DNA of 64,000 nucleotides, taken from contig CAVQNG010000025.1 in NCBI GenBank assembly GCA_963713825.1, forward strand, positions 576,001 through 640,000, read 5' to 3'. Position 1 is the first letter of the stretch. Every line of letters begins with the position of its first letter. The translations under genes were made by a program, and so were the position numbers. This DNA comes from an uncultured Acidobacteriota bacterium (GTDB taxonomy: Bacteria; Acidobacteriota; Thermoanaerobaculia; Multivoradales; JAHEKO01). The notes below the pieces were generated by a model, which saw only the letters and a program-made list of their open reading frames with translations, was not told the DNA's origin and did no database searches. Of this stretch, positions 46,967 to 56,717 are shown piece by piece.

Positions 46967-47707
46967 ATGAGTGATGAATCGCCCAAGAGCCTGGCGGTTC
47001 GCTTGCGCGAGTCCGATGCGGACGAGCTGATGAAGCTCTTGCAGAAGCACCTTCATGAGCTCGAGGTGCCCGAGGTCCGGCAGGTGGTCCGCAATCCGTT
47101 TCTCACCCAACAGGCCATCGAGCTGCTGCTCGAGGAGCGCCGACTGCTGGCGTACTCGGAGATCAAGAGAAGCCTTGTCTGCCACCCGAGAACGCCGGAG
47201 ATCAGGGCTCGGCGACTCGTGCCCACACTGTTCTGGCGTGATCTGATTCAGATCAGCGGTGACGGTCGCGTGCCGCCCAAAGTGAGGCGCAGTGCCGATC
47301 TACAGCTGCGGGGTCGGCTGCAGGGGCTGTCGGTCGGAGAACGGATGTCGATTGCCAGGCGGGCCAGCCCAACCTTGATCCAGCAGCTCCGCATGGACAA
47401 GGACCCGCGGGTAGTCGAGGCTCTGTTGGAGAACCCGAGGCTGACCGAGGGCAGTCTGATGCCCTTGCTCGGAAGTGACCGGGCCAGCCCCAAGGCTCTG
47501 GCTTTGGTTGCGAGGCATCGAAGGTGGGGCATCCGCTATGGTGTGAAGTCAGCCCTTTGCCGGAATGCGAGGACTCCGCCCGAGATCTGTCTGGGTCTCC
47601 TGTCACAACTCAAGAAGTCCGACCTGAGGGCCGTCTTCCAGGATCGGCGCTTGCCTGCCGTAGTGCGTCGGAGGGCTGGGACCCTCCTGGGACAGGAACC
47701 GCGCTGA
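46967..47707 (+). CDS. Uncharacterised Arg-rich helical-repeat protein (LRV/HEAT-like)
   Basis: Repeated L..NP.L/TP units (VVRNPFLT, LVCHPRTP, LLENPRLT, LCRNARTP); GAGGAG upstream. Confidence 0.7.
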   Translation: MSDESPKSLAVRLRESDADELMKLLQKHLHELEVPEVRQVVRNPFLTQQAIELLLEERRLLAYSEIKRSLVCHPRTPEIRARRLVPTLFWRDLIQISGDGRVPPKVRRSADLQLRGRLQGLSVGERMSIARRASPTLIQQLRMDKDPRVVEALLENPRLTEGSLMPLLGSDRASPKALALVARHRRWGIRYGVKSALCRNARTPPEICLGLLSQLKKSDLRAVFQDRRLPAVVRRRAGTLLGQEPR

Positions 47708-47826
47708 GATGTTCTCCCGTGGGGCATTTGACCAGGCCTCGACTGGTTCACTAGAGTAGCTTCCTGTAGTAGTAAGCTGTGGTTCTGTAGCGGGTCGCTG
47801 CAGGACAGCGGCTTGGGTGTGCGCGA

Positions 47827-48636
47827 ATGTCCTCGCCAAATCGATACAGCAACCGGCAACCACCTTGGGAACAGGGCGCGGAAGCCGATGTCATCTCCTT
47901 CGGAACCTGGCTGCGCAGGCAGCGCGAGTTGCGAGAGATCAGTCTGCGTGAAATCGCGGACGTGACCAAGATCAGCATCCGGTACCTCGAAGCCCTCGAG
48001 CAGGATCGGTTCGATGTCCTACCAGCGCCGGTCTTCGCGCACGGCTTCCTGAGGGAATACGCACGATACGTCGGACTCGATGCCGATGAGGTCGTCAACT
48101 CGTACCTGACTGCCCAGAAGGCGACTGAGCCCGACGAGGCAGACGACCCCCAGCCGGTCGCGCGCAGGCGAGAAACAAAACGCCCCACCGGGGTGCTCCT
48201 GGCTTTGGCAGCGGTCCTCATCCTGGCACTCGTTGCGGTGCTCGCCTACTTTGCAGAGTCGTTCCGAGGCGAGGCACGGTCGGAGCCGCCGCCCATGGCG
48301 GCGCCGGTGACTCAGCCAGCCCCGAAACCGCTTCCGGTCCTCGAGTCGGAGCCGGAGCCGGTCGTGCCACTGCTGGTCACCATCGACTTCTCAGAGGAGT
48401 GCTGGATCGAAGCGACGATCGATGGGGAAGGGCAGGTCAACGAGCTACACGTGCCCGGCGAATCGCTGCGCATCGAAGCTCAGGAGACGGTCAGCCTGAC
48501 GATCGGCAACCCGGAAGCAGTCCGTGTCGAGGTCAATGGGCAACCGTTCCCTATTGCGGCCCCGGCAGGGCAGGTGCTTCGAGGTCTCGAGATCGACCTG
48601 GCCGCATTGCAGGCGTCGGATCCGACTGAACCGTGA
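47827..48636 (+). CDS. rodZ: RodZ-like protein (HTH - TM - DUF4115-type domain)
   Basis: FGTWLRRQRELREISL...YLEALE...FAHGFLREYARYVGLD; one TM helix; C-terminal CWIEATIDG...IGNPEAVRVEVNG. Confidence 0.82.
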   Translation: MSSPNRYSNRQPPWEQGAEADVISFGTWLRRQRELREISLREIADVTKISIRYLEALEQDRFDVLPAPVFAHGFLREYARYVGLDADEVVNSYLTAQKATEPDEADDPQPVARRRETKRPTGVLLALAAVLILALVAVLAYFAESFRGEARSEPPPMAAPVTQPAPKPLPVLESEPEPVVPLLVTIDFSEECWIEATIDGEGQVNELHVPGESLRIEAQETVSLTIGNPEAVRVEVNGQPFPIAAPAGQVLRGLEIDLAALQASDPTEP

Positions 48637-49661
48637 TCGAAGACGGCACCTCACAGTCTCTCTCTGAAAGAGTCCTATCCGGTGAAAATCGGGAGCTCCA
48701 GCTCCTCGTCGCCAGAAGCATGTTTCCACTGCCGGTGGAGATCATGATTCCGCTGCAGATTCGACTCAGCAGTGTCGAAGACGCAGAGGTTGCGGCCGCT
48801 GCGGCCGAGTCTCTGGGGAGTCTCGATCCCGAAATCGTCGGCCCGGTCATCGTCGAATCGGAAGAGGCCGAGGTGGTCGCCTACTTCGCGTCGCGAACCG
48901 ATCAGCCTGCTCTCATTGAGACGATCATTCAGCACCGACTGGTGCCCACAGAGGTGCTGGCGCAGATGGCGGTAGGTCTGTCGCCCGAGCTGCAGGAGAT
49001 CCTGCTTCTGCGCCAGGATGCGATTCTCGAGGAGCCGTTGCTTCTGGATCGACTGGAAGAGAATCCCGAGCTCACATCGTATGCCGAGAGGCGCATCCGC
49101 GAGTATCGTGAGCACCTTCTGCCACGACAGCGCCAACCGGACGAGGAAGAGGCTCCGGAAGCCGAGGTGGAAGAGCTGACTGACGAGGAGGTCGAGGAGG
49201 CCATCACGTGGGCCAGGAAGGAACCTAGCAAAGGCGAGCTGGACGAAGTGACGGGGCTCACCGAGGCCCAGATCCGTACTTTGCCGATTCCCGTTCGCCT
49301 CAAGTTGAGTCGGGGAGCCTCGCGCACGCTACGGAATATCCTCGTCAAGGACAAGAATCCCATGGTCGCCGTTTCGGTGATGACCGGCAATGCCATGGGC
49401 GATGGGGAGGTCGAGTTGATCGCTTCCAGCAAGGTGGTGGCCGAAGAGGTCTTGGAGACTATCGCCCGGAGCCGGCAATGGGGCAGGCGGTATTCGATCG
49501 TCCACACTCTGGTGAAGAACCCGAGAATGCCAGCTGGCCTGGCGGCACGGCTGGTTCCCAGGTTGGGTGTCCGTGACCTCAGGGTCTTGAGCCGGGACCG
49601 CAATGTCTCGGAAGTGGTTCGATCGACGGCCACAAGGTTGTATAGAATCAAGTCCAAGTGA
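48633..49661 (+). CDS. Uncharacterised helical-repeat protein, paralogue of 46967-47707
   Basis: Acidic N-terminal half; C-terminal region aligns by eye with the 46967 protein (DKNPMV/DKDPRV; WGRRYSI..LVKNPRMP/WGIRYGV..LCRNARTP); GTGA overlap with rodZ. Confidence 0.75.
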   Translation: MIEDGTSQSLSERVLSGENRELQLLVARSMFPLPVEIMIPLQIRLSSVEDAEVAAAAAESLGSLDPEIVGPVIVESEEAEVVAYFASRTDQPALIETIIQHRLVPTEVLAQMAVGLSPELQEILLLRQDAILEEPLLLDRLEENPELTSYAERRIREYREHLLPRQRQPDEEEAPEAEVEELTDEEVEEAITWARKEPSKGELDEVTGLTEAQIRTLPIPVRLKLSRGASRTLRNILVKDKNPMVAVSVMTGNAMGDGEVELIASSKVVAEEVLETIARSRQWGRRYSIVHTLVKNPRMPAGLAARLVPRLGVRDLRVLSRDRNVSEVVRSTATRLYRIKSK

Positions 49662-49665
49662 CGGA

Positions 49666-50289
49666 ATGACAATGAGCGTCAATTACTACACGATTCTGGG
49701 TGTGCCCAGCAACGCGACGACGAATCAGATTCGCGAGCGGTTTCTGCAGCTGGCTCGTGAACAACATCCCGATCGCTATGCCGCTGCAGAGAAGGACGAC
49801 GCAGAGGCCCAGTTCCAACAGGTGACGCAGGCGTACAATGTGCTCGTCGACCCCGATCGGCGGCGGCAGTACGACCAGGAGTTGGCACAACAAACGACAG
49901 GCTCCGAAGCGACGTCTTCTGGTCAGGCGGCGCGGGTCTATATCAAGCGCGGGGTGGAATCCTACAAGAAGAAGAACTATACGCAGGCGGTAGAGTTTTT
50001 CGAACGCGCTACCCAGGACAGCCCGAGCGATGCCCAGGCCTGGTACTACCTGGCGCGAGCATTGAACCACCGCTCCGCCTGGCTGTCACGGGCTCTGGCA
50101 GCTGCCGCCAAGTCCTGCGAGCTGGACTCGATGAATGCGACCTACCTGAAGCTGGCTGGCGAGTTGGCTTCTCAGGCGGGGATGACCTCTCGTGCGGAGA
50201 GATACCTCCAGAATGCTCTCACCTTCGGTGGCGACGACTCGGAGGTTCAACTGGCTCTCGATCAGGTGCGAAGGAACAAGAGGTCTTGA
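49666..50289 (+). CDS. DnaJ-domain protein with TPR repeats
   Basis: NYYTILGV...HPD...AYNVL.DPDRRRQYD J-domain; TPR-like helices (AVEFFERA, AWYYLARAL); start 49666 or 49672. Confidence 0.88.
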   Translation: MTMSVNYYTILGVPSNATTNQIRERFLQLAREQHPDRYAAAEKDDAEAQFQQVTQAYNVLVDPDRRRQYDQELAQQTTGSEATSSGQAARVYIKRGVESYKKKNYTQAVEFFERATQDSPSDAQAWYYLARALNHRSAWLSRALAAAAKSCELDSMNATYLKLAGELASQAGMTSRAERYLQNALTFGGDDSEVQLALDQVRRNKRS

Positions 50290-50310
50290 CTTGCGCGAGG
50301 CGCGACTGCT

Positions 50311-51084
50311 TTGAGCTTACGAGTTAAAGCTGCCGGACTGTCAGATGTGGGGCGGACACGCTCTCACAACGAGGATAGCTTCAATATCGACGTGGAGCAC
50401 GGCTTCTTTCTGGTCGCCGATGGCATGGGCGGTCACGGCAATGGCGAGGTGGCTTCGAGCCTGACGATCGAAGCGGCGTCGGACTTCCTTCGGCACGCCG
50501 AGGGCAGCGTGTCCGGTGAAGGCGACGAGGCCGGTACGGGGGATTCGGTCTCGCGAACCCTTCGTTTGGCGATCGAGGCGGGCCACGACAAGGTGGTCGG
50601 AGCCGTTGCCGAAGATGAAGCCCTGACAGGTATGGGGACGACGGTCGTAGGACTGAAGCTCGGACCAGAGCTTGTGTCCGTAGCCCATGTCGGTGACAGT
50701 CGGGCCTATCTGTTACGGAACGCCGGAATGCAGCTGGTCACGGAAGACCATACGTGGGTCAACGAGCAGGTCAAGGCTGGCTATCTATCACCGGATCAAG
50801 CCCGAACCCACCCTCTCAAGAGTGTCGTTACTCGGGCCATCGGCGGCGAGCACGACGTCGACGTGGAAGTCCAGGAGGTCGACGTCGAGTCGGGTGATTG
50901 CATCCTGCTCTGTTCGGACGGATTGACGACGATGCTGACGGACGAGGAGATCCGCTCTCACCTCGTGGCAGAGACGGATCTCGAGGATCGATGCGCCGCC
51001 ATGGTTCAGCACGCCAATGCCCGCGGCGGCGTCGACAACATCACCGTGATCCTGCTCGAGTTCGAAACCGACTCCAACTCCTGA
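50311..51084 (+). CDS. PP2C/PPM-family Ser/Thr protein phosphatase (Stp1/PrpC-like)
   Basis: DVGRTRSHNED, VADGMGGH, HVGDSRAY, LCSDGL, GGVDNIT. Confidence 0.95.
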   Translation: MSLRVKAAGLSDVGRTRSHNEDSFNIDVEHGFFLVADGMGGHGNGEVASSLTIEAASDFLRHAEGSVSGEGDEAGTGDSVSRTLRLAIEAGHDKVVGAVAEDEALTGMGTTVVGLKLGPELVSVAHVGDSRAYLLRNAGMQLVTEDHTWVNEQVKAGYLSPDQARTHPLKSVVTRAIGGEHDVDVEVQEVDVESGDCILLCSDGLTTMLTDEEIRSHLVAETDLEDRCAAMVQHANARGGVDNITVILLEFETDSNS

Positions 51085-51102
51085 GTGCAGCGAGAGACGG
51101 TT

Positions 51103-52203
51103 TTACTCTCCGTACAGGTACCCGTTCCTACCCCGGACCCTGAATTCTGGATTGCGGGTCGTGACCTCGACCGCTTGATACCCCTTTTGACCCCTCTCGT
51201 GCTCGGCGCTGTAGCTCAATAGGTAATAGCCGTTGTTGTCCTCGACCACCTTGATGAGTGGTGTCTGGAAATTGACGAAATTGAAATAGAACGTGCCGTC
51301 GGTGTCGGAAGACAGGAGGCTGAGAACGTTTTCCACCTGATCCTGACCGGGGCTCTGCACGCCGAGGTTCTTGAACCAGGAGATGGAATAGACGGCGACG
51401 TTGTTGTCATTCAGCGCTTGCATCATCGGGGGGTAGTAGCGGGGGTCGGGATAGAAAGTCCCGAAGTCGTTCTGGTCTCCGAATCCGAAGCTGAACAGCA
51501 GCATGTTCTTGCGGCCCATGATGTGGCCCGCGGCCTCGGCGGTCAGGGACAAGCCGCTGTAGACGCGGCGAGTCTGTCTCCGGAGCTCCTTGCCCTGCGG
51601 TAGGTTCTGGCGCAGGGAGGGTCCCTCATGCATCGCGGTCCTTGATGGCCAGGTGCTTTCCGGGTCCTTCATCTTGGCGACGCTCTCCAACGCGTCGACG
51701 AGCTCCTGACGATCGAGGGTGAAGTCCTGGTGGATCTTCAGCTTGACGTCATAGCTCAGGACGGCCACGTAGTCGTAGGCCAGAGTCTCTTCTTCGACCC
51801 AGACCTTCGCCCACCGCAGCGCGTCGAGGACATTGCTGGTGATCGAAGGGTCTTCGAAGCGCTGATCGTGAAAGAAGAGGATGAAGAAGCGATCCGACGG
51901 TACCTCGTCCGGTTGAACCCCGAGACGCTCTGCAACTTGCGCCGACTCGACGAATCGGCGGTTGCTGTAGAAGGTGGCCGAGGTCACTTCGACCTCTTCG
52001 CCGCCGTCTTTGACGATGAAATCCTCGGGCTGCAAGCCGACGATGACGTTGCCGGACGAATCAGAGACCAGCACATCGAGGAGGACTTCGGTTACATCGA
52101 TCTGTCCGCGGAACTCGGACTGGGGCTCATCCTGGGCCGACGAGCTCAGCGGCATCACGAGGGTGAGAATCAGGGCAGTTGTCAGGCAGGCTATTGGTCT
52201 CAT
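51103..52203 (-). CDS. Secreted VWA-domain protein of the acidobacterial VWFA-related type
   Basis: Signal peptide; VLLDVLVSD.SGN...GLQPEDF; C-terminal YYLLSY...VRGRNGY; AAGGAG RBS before ATG 52203. Confidence 0.72.
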   Translation of the reverse strand: MRPIACLTTALILTLVMPLSSSAQDEPQSEFRGQIDVTEVLLDVLVSDSSGNVIVGLQPEDFIVKDGGEEVEVTSATFYSNRRFVESAQVAERLGVQPDEVPSDRFFILFFHDQRFEDPSITSNVLDALRWAKVWVEEETLAYDYVAVLSYDVKLKIHQDFTLDRQELVDALESVAKMKDPESTWPSRTAMHEGPSLRQNLPQGKELRRQTRRVYSGLSLTAEAAGHIMGRKNMLLFSFGFGDQNDFGTFYPDPRYYPPMMQALNDNNVAVYSISWFKNLGVQSPGQDQVENVLSLLSSDTDGTFYFNFVNFQTPLIKVVEDNNGYYLLSYSAEHERGQKGYQAVEVTTRNPEFRVRGRNGYLYGE

Positions 52204-52470
52204 GTCGAGGGACTCCTTACTTGGTAATTCCCGGGGCACTCTAACGCCAAAGTCCTTTTCGGTTTGAGTCGAAACGATCCAGTCTCTATCTCAGTGCAAA
52301 TAGCGGGCCAGTCGTGTTTCTCGGGTTCGCGACTGGCGAGTCTGCCTTTTCCCGGCCGATCGTAGGCGAGAGAGTCTCAGCTGTGCACGCGGCATTGTCT
52401 ACCGGGAGACCCGGTGGGTGACATCTGTTGTGGACACTTCGAGACCAGGTGGCAGCCTGGCAAGCTCCCG

Positions 52471-54603
52471 CTAGCCGAACGTGGCGTAGATTCCCGCACC
52501 TTCGGAAGCCTCGAGAAGAGCCGTCGAAGGTCGGAACCGTTGGCCATGCTCTTCCTCCAATCGCCGCAGGACTTGGACCAGGTGCTCGATTCCTTGGCAG
52601 TCTGCCCACCGGCACAGCCCACCGCGAAACGGCGGCAAGCCGGTTCCCATGATCATGGCGAGATCGAGGTCCGCTGGGCTTCGCACCAGTCCTTCCGCCA
52701 GGCATCGTGCCGCCTCGTTGACCATCGGCAGGACCATCCGATCGACGAGGGGACCCTGAACGGACGGGCTTGTGTTGGGGGGCAAGCCGAGACTCTGGTA
52801 GATCGCTTGGTTCGGCTTCTTTCGCTCTTGCCCGTCGTACAGGTAAAAACCCGCCCCGGTCTTGATCCCGAGCTGATCGGGGCTGACCAGGCGGTCTGCC
52901 CACGTTGGTAGGACCAGGCGCTCGCCGAAGGCCTGCGACAAGATATGCGACACCTTGACGGCCACATCGATGCCGACGGTGTCGATCAGAGCCAACGGCC
53001 CCAAGGGCATCCCCCAGTCTGTCATGGCGCCATCGATGTGCTCGATTCCGTTCCCTTCACCCAGTAGCCACAGCGCTTCGGTCATATAGAAGGTTAGAAG
53101 ACGGTTGACCAGAAACCCCGGGCCGTCCTGTACTACTACGGGGGTCTTACCTAGGCTCCGGCAGAGCGCGAGGATCGTCTGCAGGGTCTGCGGGCTCGTC
53201 TTCGAGCCCTGGATGACCTCGACCAGGGGCATGCGGTGAACGGGGTTGAAGAAGTGCATCCCGACGACCCGCTCGGGGATGGGGGTGTCGCGACCGATCC
53301 GATCGATCGAAAGAGACGACGTGTTGGAGGCCAGGACCGTCTCCGGCCCGACGCGCTCGGCAACCTCGGAGAAGGCCTTTTGCTTGATCTCGAGGTTCTC
53401 GACAATCGCCTCGATGACCAGATCGACGCGCTCGAAGCCGGAGTAATCGAGGCAGGGTAGCAAGAGGTTCATCTTCTCGGCAGCCTCGGGTGGTGTCATT
53501 CGCCGGCGCCCGACCAGTTTCTGAAAGACCTGGTTGGCGTGAGCCATACCGGTGGCCAGGGGTGTCGTTCCCAGGTCTTTGAGGCGAACGGGGATCCCAG
53601 CCTTTTGGGCGAGGATCTGTGCGATGCCACCTCCCATGACGCCAGCCCCCAGTACAGCCGCTTCGGATATCGGATGTTGGTCTGGGCTTGCCGAGTCTGC
53701 CTCGCGCTTGGAAGACTCCATGATCTTGAAAATGTGGATGAGGTTCTTGCAAACCGGCGACACGGCCAGCTCGCCTGTAGCCCTTGCTTCCGCCTGCATT
53801 CCAGCTTCCAAACCGCGACGGACTCCAACTTCGACCACCTCGATGGCTCGTAGCGCAGCAGGATAGTGCCCACCTGTCGCCTTCAGGACTTTCTTCCTTG
53901 CCTGTCCGAAGACAATCTGGCGTCCAACTGGGTTCTTGTCGAGAAGAGTGGTTTTCAGATCAGCGCGTCTCTTGGAAGGTGGTCGACCCGCCATGACTTG
54001 CTCGGCGAAGTGGCGCACCTCCTGCATGAAAGTCGGGTCCGGCAACAGGGCATCGGCCAGTCCGATCCTGAAGGCCTTCCGACCATCGACCGATTTGCCA
54101 CCAACGATGATGTCCAAAGCCGCTGCCAATCCAGTGCGACGAGGCAGGCGGCTGCAGCCGCCCCAGGCTGGGACGATGCCGATTCGAACCTCCGGTAGGC
54201 CGATTCGCACGGTGTCTCGATCGCTGATCAGAATGTAGTCGCCAGCCAAGGAGAGCTCCGTACCGCCACCAACGCAGGTCGCCCGAATTGCGGCTATGGT
54301 GGGAAACGGCAACTCACTCCAGGCTTGGAACAGGCGCTGTCCCACTTTTGCGCCCTCTTCCGCCACCGCGGGATCGGTGACGTCGGCGATCTCGTCGATG
54401 TCGGCGCCGGCCACGAAGTTGCCGTCCTTGCCTGACACCAGAACCAGGCAGCGAATGTCCCGGCGGTTGGACAGGCTCTCGATGAGCGTCTCGAGCTCGC
54501 CGAGAGCCGTCCGCGTGAAGACGTTGACTCTCTTGTCCGGCAGGTCGAAGACCAGGGTCGCTAGACCGCTGCTCGATACCTCGAGATCAAAGGCTGAAGA
54601 CAT
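52471..54603 (-). CDS. fadJ: Fatty-acid oxidation multifunctional enzyme (enoyl-CoA hydratase / 3-hydroxyacyl-CoA dehydrogenase, FadJ/FadB-like)
   Basis: FVAGADI, GGGTEL, GLPEV; GAGVMGGGIA, EAIVE, SNTSSL, GMHFFNP. Confidence 0.88.
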   Translation of the reverse strand: MSSAFDLEVSSSGLATLVFDLPDKRVNVFTRTALGELETLIESLSNRRDIRCLVLVSGKDGNFVAGADIDEIADVTDPAVAEEGAKVGQRLFQAWSELPFPTIAAIRATCVGGGTELSLAGDYILISDRDTVRIGLPEVRIGIVPAWGGCSRLPRRTGLAAALDIIVGGKSVDGRKAFRIGLADALLPDPTFMQEVRHFAEQVMAGRPPSKRRADLKTTLLDKNPVGRQIVFGQARKKVLKATGGHYPAALRAIEVVEVGVRRGLEAGMQAEARATGELAVSPVCKNLIHIFKIMESSKREADSASPDQHPISEAAVLGAGVMGGGIAQILAQKAGIPVRLKDLGTTPLATGMAHANQVFQKLVGRRRMTPPEAAEKMNLLLPCLDYSGFERVDLVIEAIVENLEIKQKAFSEVAERVGPETVLASNTSSLSIDRIGRDTPIPERVVGMHFFNPVHRMPLVEVIQGSKTSPQTLQTILALCRSLGKTPVVVQDGPGFLVNRLLTFYMTEALWLLGEGNGIEHIDGAMTDWGMPLGPLALIDTVGIDVAVKVSHILSQAFGERLVLPTWADRLVSPDQLGIKTGAGFYLYDGQERKKPNQAIYQSLGLPPNTSPSVQGPLVDRMVLPMVNEAARCLAEGLVRSPADLDLAMIMGTGLPPFRGGLCRWADCQGIEHLVQVLRRLEEEHGQRFRPSTALLEASEGAGIYATFG

Positions 54604-54633
54604 ACTCGGAAGCTCTCGATCCAGACGGCCTGG

Positions 54634-56418
54634 CTAGGCGGGCGCATCGCCCTGGTAGAGCTGATCGATGACGCCCGAGTACTTCTCGTTGATTACCCGC
54701 CGCTTGATCTTCTGCGTCGGGGTCAGCTCGCCGGTCTCGATGGTGAAATCGGCAGGCAGCACCTCCCAGATCCGGATCTGTTCGTACCGCGCCAGGCCTT
54801 CGTTGACAACTCGGATCTCTTCGGTGAAGAGAGTCTGGACCTGCTCAGAGCCGAGCAGTGCCGACATCTCGGTGACGTCGAGTCCCTGCTGGATAGCCCA
54901 CGCTTGGAGAGTCTCGAAGTCGGGTACCAGCAGCGCCGCCAGGAGCTTGCGCCGATCGCCAATGACTACGGCCTGACCGATGAAACGACTTCCTTTGAGG
55001 GCATTCTCGATCGGCGCCGGGGCCACATTCTTGCCGTAGGCGTTGACGATGATCTCCTTCTTGCGGTCGGTGATCTTCAAGAACCCATCGCTGTCGATTT
55101 CACCGATGTCACCGGTATGGAACCAACCTTCGGGGTCGATGGCTTCAGCCGTCTGCTCGGGCAGGTTGTGATAGCCCACCATGATCTGTGGACCCCGGGC
55201 GAGGATCTCGCCGTCTTTGGCGATGCGCAGCTCGGTCTCGGGGATTGCCGGTCCGACGCTGCCGAGACGGACTCGGCCTGTGGCATTGACCGTCAAGACG
55301 GGGGAGGTCTCGGAAAGCCCATAGCCCTCGAAGATCTGGATGCCGGCGCCCCAGAAGAACTCGGCGAGGTCACGCGACAATGGTGCCCCACCCGACATGG
55401 CGAACTGGAAGTTGGTTCCCAGGCGTGCCTTGATCTTGCCGAAGACCAACTTGTCCGCCAGGGCCAGCTTGAGGCCGAGCAGCCCCGATGTCTTCTTCTC
55501 CTGCAGCCGATCAGGCAGTGCCTGGCGCGCGACCTCCACGGCCCAGCGAAAGATCTTCTGTTTCAAAGGAGAGCTGGAGGCCACGTTCTCCTGCACCTTG
55601 GCCAAGATCTTTTCGTAGACGCGAGGCACGGACACGAAGACGTGTGGGTTGACCTCTTGGAAGTTCTGGGCCACGGCCTGTACTGATTCGGCATAGGCGA
55701 TGCTGACGCCTTTGTAGAAGTAGATGTAGTCGACCATTCGTTCGAAGGAGTGAGACAGCGGTAGGAACGAAAGCGCCGTCCAGCCGTTCTCGATATCCAT
55801 CATTTGTAGCGCATTGACAACGTTGGAGGCGATATTGCGGTGCGTCAGCACAACGCCCTTGGGGTTGCCGGTAGTGCCACTGGTATAGATGAAAGTCGCA
55901 ACGTCATCGGGCTCTGCCTCGCGAGCGGTGGTTTCGAGCTCTTCGCGGGTCAGTGGGTCGGTGCCGGCCAGGAGTTGCTCGAGCGTCGGCACTCCGGCGG
56001 TCTCACCTTTGCCGATGAGCACGAATCGGGTGACGTTCGGCATTTCGTGTCGCCGGCTCAAGAGTCCCTGCAGGCGTTGGGTGCCCTCGACGAAAACGAT
56101 GTTGGCGCCGCAATCGTTGACGATGTAGGCGGCCTGATCCGGGGTCAAGGTCGGATAGATCGGCACCAGAACCGCCCCAGAGCAGAGCGTGGCGAAATCG
56201 ACAGTCGGCCAGTGCGGGCCGTTCTCCGCCATCAGTGCGATGCGGTCGCCCTTCTGGACCCCGAACTCCCGCAGCGCCCCGACCAATCGCTGTACCCGGT
56301 CCACCAGCTCGGTGGTTGGAATCGGCTGGAATTGGCCTGCGGTTTTGTACTGCAGACAGTTGGGCATCTGATAGCTCGCTGCCTGCAGGAAAAGCTCGTT
56401 GAGCGTTTGAATCGACAT
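54634..56418 (-). CDS. Long-chain fatty acid-CoA ligase (AMP-dependent synthetase)
   Basis: YTSGTTGNPKG, EGYGLSET, FHTGDIG, ITDRKKE; start at ATG 56418 (track start runs into the tRNA). Confidence 0.92.
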   Translation of the reverse strand: MSIQTLNELFLQAASYQMPNCLQYKTAGQFQPIPTTELVDRVQRLVGALREFGVQKGDRIALMAENGPHWPTVDFATLCSGAVLVPIYPTLTPDQAAYIVNDCGANIVFVEGTQRLQGLLSRRHEMPNVTRFVLIGKGETAGVPTLEQLLAGTDPLTREELETTAREAEPDDVATFIYTSGTTGNPKGVVLTHRNIASNVVNALQMMDIENGWTALSFLPLSHSFERMVDYIYFYKGVSIAYAESVQAVAQNFQEVNPHVFVSVPRVYEKILAKVQENVASSSPLKQKIFRWAVEVARQALPDRLQEKKTSGLLGLKLALADKLVFGKIKARLGTNFQFAMSGGAPLSRDLAEFFWGAGIQIFEGYGLSETSPVLTVNATGRVRLGSVGPAIPETELRIAKDGEILARGPQIMVGYHNLPEQTAEAIDPEGWFHTGDIGEIDSDGFLKITDRKKEIIVNAYGKNVAPAPIENALKGSRFIGQAVVIGDRRKLLAALLVPDFETLQAWAIQQGLDVTEMSALLGSEQVQTLFTEEIRVVNEGLARYEQIRIWEVLPADFTIETGELTPTQKIKRRVINEKYSGVIDQLYQGDAPA

Positions 56419-56514
56419 CCCATCCCCCCTTCTACGGGTTGGCCTTTGACTGTAGGAAAAGTCTACCTCATGCTGAATCCCTTGGTGCGGAAAGTCGGAT
56501 ACCGCGGATCGTTC

Positions 56515-56543
56515 TTGACCATGCCTGGCGCCGGCGGTATTCT
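56515..56543 (+). promoter_or_regulatory. Putative sigma70 promoter for tRNA-Pro
   Basis: TTGACC-N17-TATTCT about 70 nt upstream of the tRNA. Confidence 0.6.
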
Positions 56544-56610
56544 TTCGCGTCTCTCCCGCGCTCTTCGCCTGGCATAGACCAGAGGCGATCGAGTTCGGTG
56601 TGGTTCCTTT

Positions 56611-56687
56611 CGGGGCGTAGCTCAGCCTGGTAGAGCGCACGGTTCGGGACCGTGAGGCCGGAGGTTCAAATCCTCTCGCCCCGACCA
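56611..56687 (+). tRNA. tRNA-Pro, anticodon CGG, with encoded CCA
   Basis: CGGGGCG acceptor stem pairs with CGCCCCG; D-arm GCTC/GAGC; anticodon stem CACGG/CCGTG with loop TTCGGGA; T-loop GGTTCAAATCC; ends ACCA. Confidence 0.97.
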
Positions 56688-56717
56688 GTCTTTCAATCCC
56701 GACAAGAAGAGGAAGGC

